DNA from: Bugula neritina
Taxonomy: Eukaryota; Animalia; Bryozoa
Assembly (NCBI GenBank): GCA_964035545.1
Contig: OZ037768.1
Location: 19,513,700 to 19,577,699 of the forward strand
DNA length: 64,000 nucleotides
Direction of reading: 5' to 3'
This document shows, piece after piece, positions 63,868 through 64,000 of this stretch (its first letter is position 1; each line of letters starts with the position of its first letter). The translations under genes and the position numbers were made by a program. A model generated the notes under the pieces. That model saw only the letters and a program-made list of their open reading frames with translations. It did no database searches and was not told the DNA's origin.

Positions 63868-64000
63868 CAGCTAGCACCTACTACCTACCAGCTAGTACTT
63901 ACCAGCTAATACTTACCAGCTAGTACTTACCAGCTAGCACCTACCAACTAGCGCCTACCAGCTAGCACCTACCAGCTAGTACCTACCAGCTAGCACCAGC
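63868..64000. repeat. ~14-15-bp minisatellite in MRPL12 intron
   Basis: CCAGCTAG(C/T)AC(C/T)TA units running off the window end. Confidence 0.85.

Overview
AT-rich, intron-containing invertebrate animal genomic DNA (probably lophotrochozoan; species cannot be fixed from the sequence). I assembled eight spliced protein-coding genes by hand from GT-AG boundaries and recognisable protein motifs. In order: the 3' part of a CNBD2-like cyclic-nucleotide-binding protein (+), a secreted furin-activatable matrix metalloproteinase with a hemopexin domain (+), syntaxin-1 (-), Ran (+), BUD23/WBSCR22 (-), CFAP251/WDR66 (+), NOP10 (+, absent from the ORF track) and the 3' part of MRPL12 (-). There is also a tRNA-Lys(UUU) gene (-). 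Mobile DNA includes a 5'-truncated but open CR1-group LINE, several MITEs with visible TIRs/TSDs, a tRNA-derived SINE family and many intronic mini/microsatellites. Two observations stand out. (1) Long 'drifting' hexamer-periodic tracts (A-n-T-n-W-n) lie in the promoter-proximal first introns of NOP10, BUD23, syntaxin and, more weakly, Ran, but are not evident in the first intron of the TATA-driven MMP. (2) Syntaxin-1 carries a pair of mutually exclusive 109-nt Habc exons plus two alternative transmembrane terminal exons. All coordinates were read by eye. No database searches or statistics were run.
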